Of a stretch of DNA of 64,000 bases, positions 19,952-30,092 are shown piece by piece. The stretch's first letter is position 1; each line of letters starts with the position of its first letter. Source of the stretch: a virus; IMG/VR virus record IMGVR_UViG_3300044941_000276, positions 32,001 through 96,000 of that record. One strand, 5' to 3'. The notes under the pieces were generated by a model, which had not been told where the DNA came from, searched no databases, and saw only the letters and a program-made list of their open reading frames with translations. The position numbers and the translations under genes were made by a program.

Positions 19952-20962
19952 TTATTTTTTACTTTTTTCCCATTGTTTAATAAAATCAGCTACTCTTTTA
20001 TCTATTGACATCACATAACTTCTAAGATTCATATTATCAGGCACGCTATATTTAAGTAGCATTTTTACTTTATTACTATAAGGTGTGTTTTCAGGTAAAT
20101 TTATTCTCTTTAAAACTAAATTAAATAGTTTTTTATTCATTGCGTAAAATACATCGGTGTCAAGCCCGTCTTTATCCTTAGTGCAACCACATTTTGATTT
20201 TGGTATCATAGCTCCCTTTTTAGCATAAGTTCCAAAAGCAGGATTAAGAGCTACTCTTTGCAATCGATTAGCCTCTGCCATAGCTTCAGCTTTCTTTTGA
20301 TTAAGTTGATTACTATAATCAAATCTATTCAAAGATGAAATGTTTGCAAGATTGATCTTTCTGTTATTTATATCATCTTGTATTCCATATATTTTTCCAA
20401 TAGGTGTACTTGCAAATATACTAGACGCTACATCTTTAGCGCTATGACCCTTGCCTATATTTTTTAAAGAATTAACAAAATCTTGTACATTACCAGCAAA
20501 AGATAAAGCATCGGCTTTATTTTTCTTTTTTAAACATTGACCTGTTGTAGGATCTATCATAGGCTCTCCTGTAATAGGATCAAGGACGCAATCATCTTTT
20601 GCAAGAGCTGTTTCTCCTATGCTAATAAGATTACCTACCGTTTCTCCTACCATTCCTCCAAGAGGTCCAAAAGCTGCGTTACCTGCTGTACTTAATATTT
20701 GTTTTCTAGTACCTTGAACGAAATGAGCGGTTGGATTATTTTTATTAAAATCGGGATCGATTTTATTTTGAGCTTTAACAGTCAAGATATTTGCTAAATC
20801 CGATCCCATGCTCATAGCATCTTGTTTCAATAAATTTTTACCAATATCTCCTTTATATTTTTCTAACCCGCCTAATCCACCGCTCATAAAATTTTCTAGA
20901 AAAGGTACAGATCCGATACCTGATTTTCCTTTTATATGTCTCTTTGTACGTTTTTTAAGCAT
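19952..20962 (-). CDS. Cargo/ejection protein with Gly-zipper-like segment
   Basis: AGNAAFGPLGGMVGETVGNLISIG; lies directly after the muzzle gene as in crAss-like genomes. Confidence 0.55.
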   Translation of the reverse strand: MLKKRTKRHIKGKSGIGSVPFLENFMSGGLGGLEKYKGDIGKNLLKQDAMSMGSDLANILTVKAQNKIDPDFNKNNPTAHFVQGTRKQILSTAGNAAFGPLGGMVGETVGNLISIGETALAKDDCVLDPITGEPMIDPTTGQCLKKKNKADALSFAGNVQDFVNSLKNIGKGHSAKDVASSIFASTPIGKIYGIQDDINNRKINLANISSLNRFDYSNQLNQKKAEAMAEANRLQRVALNPAFGTYAKKGAMIPKSKCGCTKDKDGLDTDVFYAMNKKLFNLVLKRINLPENTPYSNKVKMLLKYSVPDNMNLRSYVMSIDKRVADFIKQWEKSKK

Positions 20963-23900
20963 CGCTTCTTCTCATTAATGTTAATATATTTTTAATATAC
21001 AAATATTGGTTAGTTTTATAAGTGATCCGTATTTTACAATATTTGTCTCTAATTCTTCTGTTTATAAAGTTAGATAATTTTCTTGTATCGCTCTCATCTT
21101 TTATTACTGTTATATACATGCGATCTTCTTTATATACAGCATCATAAGTAAATAAAGAATTGGCAGGATTTTGTAAAAAAGGTTTTGATCCATTATCTAC
21201 TACGTTTCTGGGACGTATTGTTTGTATATAAGTACCACTGTCAGTAGTATATTCTATGGTATGAGGATATATATGATTGCCAATTATAATAAGATTGTCT
21301 ATTATTACTTGTGTTTGAGCATCAAGAGATGCAACAAATTCAATTACTGTATCGTATTGATTACCATAATAATTGGAATGATCTTCTGACACATAATGTT
21401 GATATATCAGAGAGTCTTTGATACCATATATCTCATCTCTTATATTAAACATTATATCGGGATATATAGGTTTAAAACTTAACCACCTACCTATCGGCAT
21501 TTCATTATACAATAATGATTGCGATACACCATCAGCTAAAAACGAAAACCATATATTTTGTTTAAATGTATCGTAAGTAGCTCTTATTTGTGTGGTTTGA
21601 TATACATCGGGAACATCTATAAACTTTTCGCTTATTGATCTAAGATACTTTTGAACCCTAAGATCAGATATTAGTTCCAATTGATTTCCTCCTACTCTCC
21701 ATATTTTACTTCTATCAATATCTACCCCATATACAGTATTATCGCTAGCTACTACTGAAGCTTGCCAACGAGATCCATATCGTTCTGATAAATAATTAAT
21801 TGCTCCTTCTGGTGGAAGAACTCCAGCTGATTGAAAAAACACAGCGCCTGCGCTGTCTCCAGTTTGAGCAATGCGTTGATTTACAGGAATCATAGCTACC
21901 CCGTGAGAAAACACTACGATTAAACCTTGACCGTTATAAGGTCTTATAGCTACTATATCTCCTACGTGATTTGGATAATCTCTATAATTTAACCCAGAGA
22001 ATCTTCTATATCCATTATCAAATGATTTTGAAACAAATAACTCAGAATATTGTATACGTGTTGAAAAATCAGTTTGTATAAAAGGTATGCGATTTCCTAA
22101 TGATTTATATATGGTATCGCCTTTTACTCTATTATAACCAGTATTGTAATTATCTGATTCTAAAAATTGATATTGTCTCCAAGTATTTTTATTACCAGTC
22201 CATTCTATCTGTTCATATGGAGGGTTGGGTTTAGTATAATATGGAGCCCATTCTCTTATACCTTCTGCTACATCAAATATCTGTTGGTTTCTAATATTTA
22301 TGTTTACATTACTATCTGAAGCAAATGATATCGTAGGTCCCAATCTAACATATCGAGATAAGTTGCCATCGTTCACAAGAGGATCGAGTTGATTTTTATA
22401 TAATCTTCTAAAAGTAATCGATACAAAATTATCTCCATTGTAACCTTCTATTTTACCATTGGTAAGTACTTGACTACTAGCCGATCCTTGATTTTCAGAA
22501 ATCGATTGTTGATTCCAATATGTCCAATGAGTTATTGGCATATAATCCTCTGCTTCTGGAAGATGGGTATCGATAAGAGCTTTACCATCAACTGGACCAA
22601 ATCTTGGATATATATTAGCGTGGGCCGCTACTACTCTTCTTGTAGTTTTTACACTAGCTCCGAACATTTCATATTCTTCATTGGGTGTATCGCTTTTACT
22701 AGATATAAAAAATCCAGACTCAGCATTACCTACTCTTGATGAATAAAAACTGTTATTGTAACCATTAAAAGGAGATAATAAATTTTCATTACTAGTATCG
22801 ATTGTTACACCTACATAATCATTATATGATAAAGGATGATAGCTGTAAGCACCTGATCGATCTCTATTTCCAGTAGCAAACATGACTTTATTGAAAGCTT
22901 GAAATAAAGCTCTACCTGTGAATCTATTTTTAGTAACAGTCGACGAATCTTTATCTATAAACTCAAGCTCTGCACTCTTAATAGTGAGAGTGCGTGTGTT
23001 AGTCGATACCTCTTTATACAGACTAAACATTGAAGGTAATGGTTCAAAATCTCCTCTTGATATACCACTTTCAAAATCTTCAAAGCTATCCATGTTTCTA
23101 GAACCGGCTATATTAGGTTGCGTCACACTATATACAAATTGACTATTTTCATATACTAGCAAACCTTTATCTCTTCCACTTAATCTTTGAGAAAATATAC
23201 CTTTTTCCCCCATAAAATCAGGGCTGATAAAAGCATATCTTTTATTAATATACAATGGTATAGAAGCGTTTTGAGGATAAGCTGCATTATTAAGATCTCT
23301 TACATAATTATTATTATTCATTAAAAACTTTACAGCTTCTACCGAATAACTATATATCGTATCGGTTCTATTAATTTGTCTACCGTTATTTGATTGATTT
23401 GCTTTGTATATACCTGCCGATTCCAGTATGTATTCTGGTGCAGGTATAAACTTAGAATTTAATTCACTATATCCTCTTTTTGACTGATCGGGTATATTAT
23501 TATAAGTAGTTAATTCTCCACCTCCGTCTCCGTTTCCCATTTTTTTATAAGAAGTATCAACATAATCGTTTTCTGGTATAATAAAAGTGTTTATTATTAT
23601 ACCTGATGATATCGCATCGCGTTTTCTTTCTTTTGCTCTGTGAATACGAAAACCCACAGTGTTTTCCTTTATATAATCAGAGACTTCGGGAATGTTAAAT
23701 ATCGGATGGATTATCCCAACACTTCCATTTTCAAGAATCTTATTCAAATAACTTCTTAACGGAAATCGATATATACCTCTTACATTTTCGTAATTATTAC
23801 GTTCATCATAATCAATATCTCCGCTAAGATCAGACATATTATATGACGCATCGTTATATATATTATCGATACCTCTAATTGGAAATACAGGACTCAACGA

Positions 23901-25316
23901 ACCATTTTTAAACATATATTGTATACCAAACATATAGGGTTCTCCTGGCCAATATCCAAGCCTGTCATGTACATTTCTTGGATTGGCATAACCCGATGGA
24001 TAGCCATCAAATCCTGCTCCTGATGTTATGGGGTCATATATATCAGAGATCACATTGTCAAAAGTAGCACCCTTTACGCCCAATCGTTTTTGTGCATAAT
24101 CTATTGTAACTTTATTAGAAAATTTTTTAAGTTCGTTATAATCAAAACCTGCTGTTTTAATATTACCTACAAACAATCTACCTTGTAATTCTGCACCTGT
24201 ACGATAAGTCAAAATGTTAGACGTTGTTAGTGAGAGATTGTTTATATTAATTTGATTCGCTATTTCTGTACCTCTATGAGTATAAGATACTTCGGTTTTA
24301 CCATCTATTACTATTTCTTGTTGTACTTCAAATAATGATGGTTGAGGTTCTACATCTTGCCCCGATACATAAGTATAATATAACTTTAAAGCGTAATAAT
24401 CAGGATCTATATTATGAAATACTAGTTGATTAGCTTTTGTTGTTAATTCATTTGGTACACCGCCTCTAATATCAGCTACAGTATTTCCAAAAAATACAGG
24501 AATTGAAAACGATTGACATATCACATCAGTAAGATTACCATCTCTAGTGCTATATCGTATATAGTAAGTATATGTACCAACTGGCAATCTACCTGAGTTA
24601 TCTTGTCCTAAAAACTCTATCCATCCCAATCGGTTAGATGTAATAATATGATTAAGATTGGAGTCAAAATCAGAAGCTTCATATCGATTATCATCGGTTG
24701 CGCCAATGCGATTTACCATAACATATCGATTGTTAGGCATAACGGAAAACCCACTATTTATTAACCGAGGTTTATTGTAATTATCTGTGAATATAACATT
24801 AACTGACCCATCGTAGCTTGGTTGTATAGCTACTATCTCGCAATGGTTTGTTTCTTTAAAATTAAACAAGTCGGTATTAAAATCACCGTAACTTCCTATT
24901 TTATTATCTCCATCTTTATAATTTTTAAAAGGTTGATATCGATTGACCATTTCTCCCAATCGCGAACAATTATCGACATCATTTCCTCCAATACACGATT
25001 CGAGAGTATAATTATCATAATCTGGACTAGGATAACTACCTATCTCTCCTCTACCTGTAAACACACCATTGATACTCTCTGCTGAAATTATATAACATAC
25101 GTTACCGTATGTTTTCCAAGCAATAGGATGATAATTTTGTTTTAATTCCGATCGCAATAGAGTACCTTTTTCATTTTGAAGTATAAGCTCGTTTCCATTA
25201 TGAGAAACAAAAGTAACGTTCTCAGCATAAGTATATACGTTATCAGGGGTAGCATATATTGCGCTATCGGTAGTTAACCCATCGTTAAATACATTATTTT
25301 TTACTTCTTTTGACAT
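20955..25316 (-). CDS. Tail stabilisation / muzzle protein (crAss-like)
   Basis: 1453 aa; N-terminal N.F..GL..D..TYAENVT..ILQNEKG, C-terminal RIRDKYCKIRITY; crAss synteny. Confidence 0.8.
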   Translation of the reverse strand: MSKEVKNNVFNDGLTTDSAIYATPDNVYTYAENVTFVSHNGNELILQNEKGTLLRSELKQNYHPIAWKTYGNVCYIISAESINGVFTGRGEIGSYPSPDYDNYTLESCIGGNDVDNCSRLGEMVNRYQPFKNYKDGDNKIGSYGDFNTDLFNFKETNHCEIVAIQPSYDGSVNVIFTDNYNKPRLINSGFSVMPNNRYVMVNRIGATDDNRYEASDFDSNLNHIITSNRLGWIEFLGQDNSGRLPVGTYTYYIRYSTRDGNLTDVICQSFSIPVFFGNTVADIRGGVPNELTTKANQLVFHNIDPDYYALKLYYTYVSGQDVEPQPSLFEVQQEIVIDGKTEVSYTHRGTEIANQININNLSLTTSNILTYRTGAELQGRLFVGNIKTAGFDYNELKKFSNKVTIDYAQKRLGVKGATFDNVISDIYDPITSGAGFDGYPSGYANPRNVHDRLGYWPGEPYMFGIQYMFKNGSLSPVFPIRGIDNIYNDASYNMSDLSGDIDYDERNNYENVRGIYRFPLRSYLNKILENGSVGIIHPIFNIPEVSDYIKENTVGFRIHRAKERKRDAISSGIIINTFIIPENDYVDTSYKKMGNGDGGGELTTYNNIPDQSKRGYSELNSKFIPAPEYILESAGIYKANQSNNGRQINRTDTIYSYSVEAVKFLMNNNNYVRDLNNAAYPQNASIPLYINKRYAFISPDFMGEKGIFSQRLSGRDKGLLVYENSQFVYSVTQPNIAGSRNMDSFEDFESGISRGDFEPLPSMFSLYKEVSTNTRTLTIKSAELEFIDKDSSTVTKNRFTGRALFQAFNKVMFATGNRDRSGAYSYHPLSYNDYVGVTIDTSNENLLSPFNGYNNSFYSSRVGNAESGFFISSKSDTPNEEYEMFGASVKTTRRVVAAHANIYPRFGPVDGKALIDTHLPEAEDYMPITHWTYWNQQSISENQGSASSQVLTNGKIEGYNGDNFVSITFRRLYKNQLDPLVNDGNLSRYVRLGPTISFASDSNVNINIRNQQIFDVAEGIREWAPYYTKPNPPYEQIEWTGNKNTWRQYQFLESDNYNTGYNRVKGDTIYKSLGNRIPFIQTDFSTRIQYSELFVSKSFDNGYRRFSGLNYRDYPNHVGDIVAIRPYNGQGLIVVFSHGVAMIPVNQRIAQTGDSAGAVFFQSAGVLPPEGAINYLSERYGSRWQASVVASDNTVYGVDIDRSKIWRVGGNQLELISDLRVQKYLRSISEKFIDVPDVYQTTQIRATYDTFKQNIWFSFLADGVSQSLLYNEMPIGRWLSFKPIYPDIMFNIRDEIYGIKDSLIYQHYVSEDHSNYYGNQYDTVIEFVASLDAQTQVIIDNLIIIGNHIYPHTIEYTTDSGTYIQTIRPRNVVDNGSKPFLQNPANSLFTYDAVYKEDRMYITVIKDESDTRKLSNFINRRIRDKYCKIRITYKTNQYLYIKNILTLMRRSDA

Positions 25317-25611
25317 CTCGATATAATTTTTCTAATTTACTACTGTCAAGGTTTTCTCCTAAAACCGTTATAGGGGATTCTCTTAACTTTGTTAAAAAAT
25401 CCCACATTGTGGAACGAGGTACTAATAAAAAATCTTCTTTTAATCGAGTTCCTATTTTTACTATAATACGATAAACTATTGCAAAAGATATAACAGTATC
25501 TACTGCAAATATTAATATTTTTGCTTGTTTACGAGTCATTCCTGGATAATATCCCATCATTATATCGTAGTAATCACTAGGTCTTTTAAAAAATAGCGAC
25601 TTTTTTTTCAT
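25294..25611 (-). CDS. Conserved hypothetical, possible IHF-like protein
   Basis: Position between ring and muzzle genes (synteny only). Confidence 0.4.
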   Translation of the reverse strand: MKKKSLFFKRPSDYYDIMMGYYPGMTRKQAKILIFAVDTVISFAIVYRIIVKIGTRLKEDFLLVPRSTMWDFLTKLRESPITVLGENLDSSKLEKLYRDVKRSKK

Positions 25612-26035
25612 CTATTGTTTTATCTAAACGGTCCATATATTCTTTTTTAAGTAATAATTCTGATCTGACATTACTTCTTATAAACAATATACAATACATC
25701 TTAAAATTTCTTTTAATTATATTACCTTTATAATAAGGCATAAGTCTTTTAGCTGTTTTTTCGTGTCTAGCAGCTATCCTGATTTGATATCCGTTACCTC
25801 TATATATTTTACCTTCATCTATTACGTCTTCTATAACATGACTCATGTATCGTCTAGCAAATTCGGAAAGAAATTCGCTATAAGTACTATACTTCCCCCA
25901 TTTTCTTATACCTATTTTGGCAGAAGTTAATATTTTTAATTTTAATTTTGAAAACAATTGTATAAAACTTATAGACCCCAAATCAAGCAGAGCTATAAAA
26001 GTTTTAGCTGATCGTATACGGTTTATAAGGTACAT
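25586..26035 (-). CDS. Conserved hypothetical, possible IHF-like protein (start uncertain)
   Basis: Basic ORF; synteny only. Confidence 0.4.
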   Translation of the reverse strand: MYLINRIRSAKTFIALLDLGSISFIQLFSKLKLKILTSAKIGIRKWGKYSTYSEFLSEFARRYMSHVIEDVIDEGKIYRGNGYQIRIAARHEKTAKRLMPYYKGNIIKRNFKMYCILFIRSNVRSELLLKKEYMDRLDKTIDEKKVAIF

Positions 26036-26708
26036 TGAATCTTTTTCTATTAGATGATGATAATACGTCTAGATATTGATTCATAAAGTTTTGACTAAAT
26101 CCTTCACTTATATCTACTCGCGCTTGATTAACCGCCTTGTTTTTATCTTTTTCTACTAGTGGTAGTATACTCATAGCAAGTTGATTACCTTGATATAATT
26201 TTCTTCTAGTATCAATCCATTTCCACCAATAAGCACAAGCTTCAGCCTCCGATTCTGTGATCATCGGTAAACCTTCATCATCGTGTACAAAAGTTCTATA
26301 TATCACTTGAAGATTAGTATTAGGAGTGGATATTATATGATCTCCATAAAACTCATATCGATTATAAAATCCTCTACCGTGAAGGTTAGAACTATTTATC
26401 CACAAAGAATCCTCTATTCTATCAACAACTGTAGGTACAGTTACCGATTCTATTTTAAAAGCTCTGACAGGCAAACATAATTTACCCTGATTATCAGTTT
26501 TGCCGTTTATTGCTTCTATTCTAGGATACATATTACCTATTTGACGTAGACAATTTAATGCGTTGTCTAGATAATCATCTACCGAAGGATTATCGCCAAA
26601 TAGATAATTTATTTTAGTCATTCCCATATAAATAGAATGAAGATCATATGATGAGTTGTTTTCTACAACCATCATAGGTCTGCTATGGTTTGGAAAATTA
26701 TTACCCAT
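26004..26708 (-). CDS. Tail ring/tubular protein
   Basis: DDEGLPMITESEAEACAYW motif; crAss synteny. Confidence 0.7.
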   Translation of the reverse strand: MGNNFPNHSRPMMVVENNSSYDLHSIYMGMTKINYLFGDNPSVDDYLDNALNCLRQIGNMYPRIEAINGKTDNQGKLCLPVRAFKIESVTVPTVVDRIEDSLWINSSNLHGRGFYNRYEFYGDHIISTPNTNLQVIYRTFVHDDEGLPMITESEAEACAYWWKWIDTRRKLYQGNQLAMSILPLVEKDKNKAVNQARVDISEGFSQNFMNQYLDVLSSSNRKRFNVPYKPYTIS

Positions 26709-27373
26709 TAGATTTGACTATTTGCGTTATACTTACTAAATCTGTAATACCAATTTGCCCAATTACTTGTTATTTCATTTATTATCATATTAACCATCTC
26801 AGGAGATACTGGAAATCTGTCTGTTTCTGGATTTAACGGACAGCAACCATATCGATTTACCTCAAATGGGTTTTCTAAAATCATAGAAGCCGATATATAT
26901 TCAATATTAAAAGTTGGAGGGTTTATTAAAAATCCATGATTAACTCCGTCTTTTCTACGTAACCATACGTAGGGTCGATTTCTTAAAGCTTGATTCCTAT
27001 ACTGATGATAATTCCACATTTCATCAGTATATATTTTAAATTCAATAGTTCTATGAGGAGTTCCTATAAAATCAAGCTCTAGATAATTGGGTAATATAAA
27101 ATGAAGAGCTGTTTGCTTACTAGGATCACAACATAAACTTAACGATTCACAATCAAGAGGAATGCAATTTATTTCTTGCATCATACCAAATTTATTCAAT
27201 TGTCCGTTCAGTTTTTGTTTTTCGTATAACTCATTTCTTACAGCGATAACAGTATGTTCCAACTGTTCTATACTAAAAGGATAACCATTGCTGGTTTTCA
27301 TACCTGCTTCAAGGTTGTTTTGAACAGCCGATACAATTTTAGCTAATGTCCAAGTTCCTAAAAAATCACTCAT
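26708..27373 (-). CDS. Tail ring protein
   Basis: FSIEQLE..R, QEINCIPLDC, ILENP; crAss synteny. Confidence 0.65.
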   Translation of the reverse strand: MSDFLGTWTLAKIVSAVQNNLEAGMKTSNGYPFSIEQLEHTVIAVRNELYEKQKLNGQLNKFGMMQEINCIPLDCESLSLCCDPSKQTALHFILPNYLELDFIGTPHRTIEFKIYTDEMWNYHQYRNQALRNRPYVWLRRKDGVNHGFLINPPTFNIEYISASMILENPFEVNRYGCCPLNPETDRFPVSPEMVNMIINEITSNWANWYYRFSKYNANSQI

Positions 27374-27402
27374 ATTTTTTTAATTTGCCAATAAATATAA
27401 AT

Positions 27403-27436
27403 AAAAAAGTCGCTCTTTATGGGAGCGACTTTTTTT
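27403..27436. terminator. Intrinsic terminator
   Basis: AAAAAAGTCGCTC-tttatgg-GAGCGACTTTTTT. Confidence 0.8.
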
Positions 27437-27449
27437 AATTTAATTACTA

Positions 27450-28430
27450 TTAAGCGTTTGTCTTAAATTGTGCTACAGTAGCTGTATCTTTAACATATGT
27501 ACCAGAAACCACAGCGCTAAATTGTGTACCTGGAACTTGATTAAAGAAATCAGCAAGGTTATCGATCAATGGTTCACAAGAAGACTCCTTGATATACAAT
27601 ACCATAGTAGGACGATTGCTCAAACGAGATGATTTTGGATCAGGTCGGTTAGATACATCATATCCCCAATAGATTTCAGTATATAACTCGGTTTCATGAG
27701 GAATATCTGCAAAATCAAAACCATATGGTATATTGTTATTTCCTGTAACTTTTTCTCTAAATTCTACATCGCTACCATAACCAATACCTTCACTGCTATT
27801 TTGTATACGAGTAGGGTTAAAAATAGTTACATAATTACTAGGTGAACCGTTATCATTGGTTACACGGAAACTTTCAATATAGCTACCACGTTCCAGCAGT
27901 TCAATTTCTAACTCAGTTAATGTAGTAGCTACATCATTAGCACTGATAGTACCAGCAGTACCAGAACCAGGTGCAATAAATAAATCACGATTTTTATCGT
28001 TACGTAGCGTTACAATTGAGTTGTACAATTTTGCTAAGAAGGTGTTAGCTGTTTCGCCAGTAGATAACATCACTGAGAAGGTGAAAGTACGACCAAATTC
28101 GTATTCTGGACGAGCAAGAGCCAGTGCTCTACGGCTACTTCTTACTACCATCTCTACGTGAACATAGGTATTATTTGGAATAGGACCAGAGATAGTAATC
28201 TCTGAGGGCGTAGCGGCGGTTAACGACCACTTTTCAGTTGTTGGAAATTGACCGCGAGTTAGACGAGCACCAAAAATGTTACTTAAACGGAAACGACCGT
28301 AACCTTGTATATCAAGTTGAGTAGCTGTAGCAGCTGCAGTCACATTGTTGTTATTGTCTAAGAAACGGAAATTATATCTTGTTGGGCTGTTTATAATCCG
28401 GGTCTTATCTTCTAATCTAAATTCTGACAT
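27450..28430 (-). CDS. Auxiliary capsid/decoration protein
   Basis: Synteny downstream of MCP; followed by a terminator. Confidence 0.6.
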   Translation of the reverse strand: MSEFRLEDKTRIINSPTRYNFRFLDNNNNVTAAATATQLDIQGYGRFRLSNIFGARLTRGQFPTTEKWSLTAATPSEITISGPIPNNTYVHVEMVVRSSRRALALARPEYEFGRTFTFSVMLSTGETANTFLAKLYNSIVTLRNDKNRDLFIAPGSGTAGTISANDVATTLTELEIELLERGSYIESFRVTNDNGSPSNYVTIFNPTRIQNSSEGIGYGSDVEFREKVTGNNNIPYGFDFADIPHETELYTEIYWGYDVSNRPDPKSSRLSNRPTMVLYIKESSCEPLIDNLADFFNQVPGTQFSAVVSGTYVKDTATVAQFKTNA

Positions 28431-28456
28431 GGTTTTTTATATTTTTATTTAAACTA

Positions 28457-29203
28457 TTATGTAGGTTGAGTTGGTGGTATTGTAGGTTGGACGGTGGTCA
28501 AAGAAGCATGAGTTGCATATCTTTGATCCATATTTCTTTCCATCACTCTCCTAATTACCATCTTAAGTATATGATTACAACTTATTTCATCAAATTCTAA
28601 TTCTTGAGATGTGTCGGTTCCTTCTTGTTCTACCTGATCATATGTAAGAGCTATGCGTTCTGGGGTTTTAATGTAATCAATATTAACTTCTACCAGTTCT
28701 ACGGGAGCTCCACTTCCAACTAATCCTGTGTCAGGTCCAAGAAAGACTTCACATTCGTTACCAATAATACTATATTTTGGAGCAAAAAACCTAGGGCGTA
28801 AAAAGTAATTTCTTACCAATGAAGCTTCGAGATTTGGACTTTGAAGTTGTGCTCCAAAATGAATAATGCTAGGTGATGGTGGATAACAGCGATCCCTGAT
28901 TTCTTTAACTACTCTTATTCCTACAATCACATTGCTCATGTGACGATAATCATCGGGTAAAGTAAATTTAAAAGATCTTTTTAAAGAAGGTCTAAACTCT
29001 TCTATTTTTTTATATCGTTTTACCGACTTTATAGTATCAAGAATTTTTTGATCCTGTTCTACTCTAAATGTCAATACTTGATTGTCAATCCATTCGTTTA
29101 TAACTTGATTGACATAATGATTAAATTCTCTAAGGTGAAAGTGAGGTGATTCTTCTTTAATTACCTCAATTAACACACCTTCAAATAGTTCTCTTGCTGT
29201 CAT
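28457..29203 (-). CDS. Ring/head-tail connector protein
   Basis: MTARELFE..L.E..K..P..EFN, LPDDYRH, DYIKTP, ELEF. Confidence 0.7.
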   Translation of the reverse strand: MTARELFEGVLIEVIKEESPHFHLREFNHYVNQVINEWIDNQVLTFRVEQDQKILDTIKSVKRYKKIEEFRPSLKRSFKFTLPDDYRHMSNVIVGIRVVKEIRDRCYPPSPSIIHFGAQLQSPNLEASLVRNYFLRPRFFAPKYSIIGNECEVFLGPDTGLVGSGAPVELVEVNIDYIKTPERIALTYDQVEQEGTDTSQELEFDEISCNHILKMVIRRVMERNMDQRYATHASLTTVQPTIPPTQPT

Positions 29204-30012
29204 CGTTTATTTAATTCTTCATTAAGCATGTAAAGAAGGTCTTTATCTGCCTCATTAGCGTTTTCTCGAGAAGCTGTATCTAAGAATGTAATGAAGGCTT
29301 CTCTGCTAGGGAAAGATTTATCTTTAAATTTAATTTCACCTGTTTTGCTAACAACTTTAATTACACCTTTCTCTATTAACCTAGAGGCTAGATCTTTGAA
29401 ATCTGCGTTTTTATCTGCCAATACATCTAGTATCGCTTTGGAATTACTAGTTGCAACTTCATAAAGCATTATGCGAATATCTCCTGGGTCTTTATCAGCT
29501 ACATTAAGTCCTAACAATCGAGCGTATTTAGCAAGATATGCTTCTGGTAAACTAGCAACCGCATCCATAGCAGCACGATATGTTTCAAATTTAGTAAGCT
29601 GTGTTTTTTGAGCTGTTGTTTTATCATATATAAAATATTTTTTGTTAGGATCACTCTGTCCCTCTTCGTAAGATAATGCTAATTCGTCTGTTTCAACTAA
29701 CCATTTTAAAATTAATCTGTTAGATTCATCGCTCAAATCCATTCTAGAACCATGACTTATTGTATATCTACTAAGAGTGTTATTTTCATCAAATGGATCT
29801 ACAAAAGGTTTTCCTGATTCTTTATATTCTCTGCTAACGCGATCTACGCCTAAAAACCATCCTGATTTATCAGGCACAGGACACGCGCTCCAACCTTTAT
29901 CTCCACGACGAGTGTGTCCATAATAAGAGTGAAATTCAATTTCACCCGATTTCATTTTCAATAATTGTTCTTTTAACGCTTTTCTTACACTTTCCATATT
30001 AATATATTTCAT
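29200..30012 (-). CDS. Conserved crAss-like protein downstream of MCP
   Basis: 270-aa ORF; synteny. Confidence 0.6.
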   Translation of the reverse strand: MKYINMESVRKALKEQLLKMKSGEIEFHSYYGHTRRGDKGWSACPVPDKSGWFLGVDRVSREYKESGKPFVDPFDENNTLSRYTISHGSRMDLSDESNRLILKWLVETDELALSYEEGQSDPNKKYFIYDKTTAQKTQLTKFETYRAAMDAVASLPEAYLAKYARLLGLNVADKDPGDIRIMLYEVATSNSKAILDVLADKNADFKDLASRLIEKGVIKVVSKTGEIKFKDKSFPSREAFITFLDTASRENANEADKDLLYMLNEELNKR

Positions 30013-30051
30013 TATTTAAACTATTTCCCATTTAAATTATTTCCCTAATTA

Positions 30052-30082
30052 AAGGGAGGGAGAGATCCTCTCTCCCTCTTAT
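30052..30082 (-). terminator. Hairpin after major capsid gene
   Basis: AGGGAGGGAGAG-atc-CTCTCTCCCTCT inverted repeat. Confidence 0.5.
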
Positions 30083-30092
30083 TTTGTTTTAA

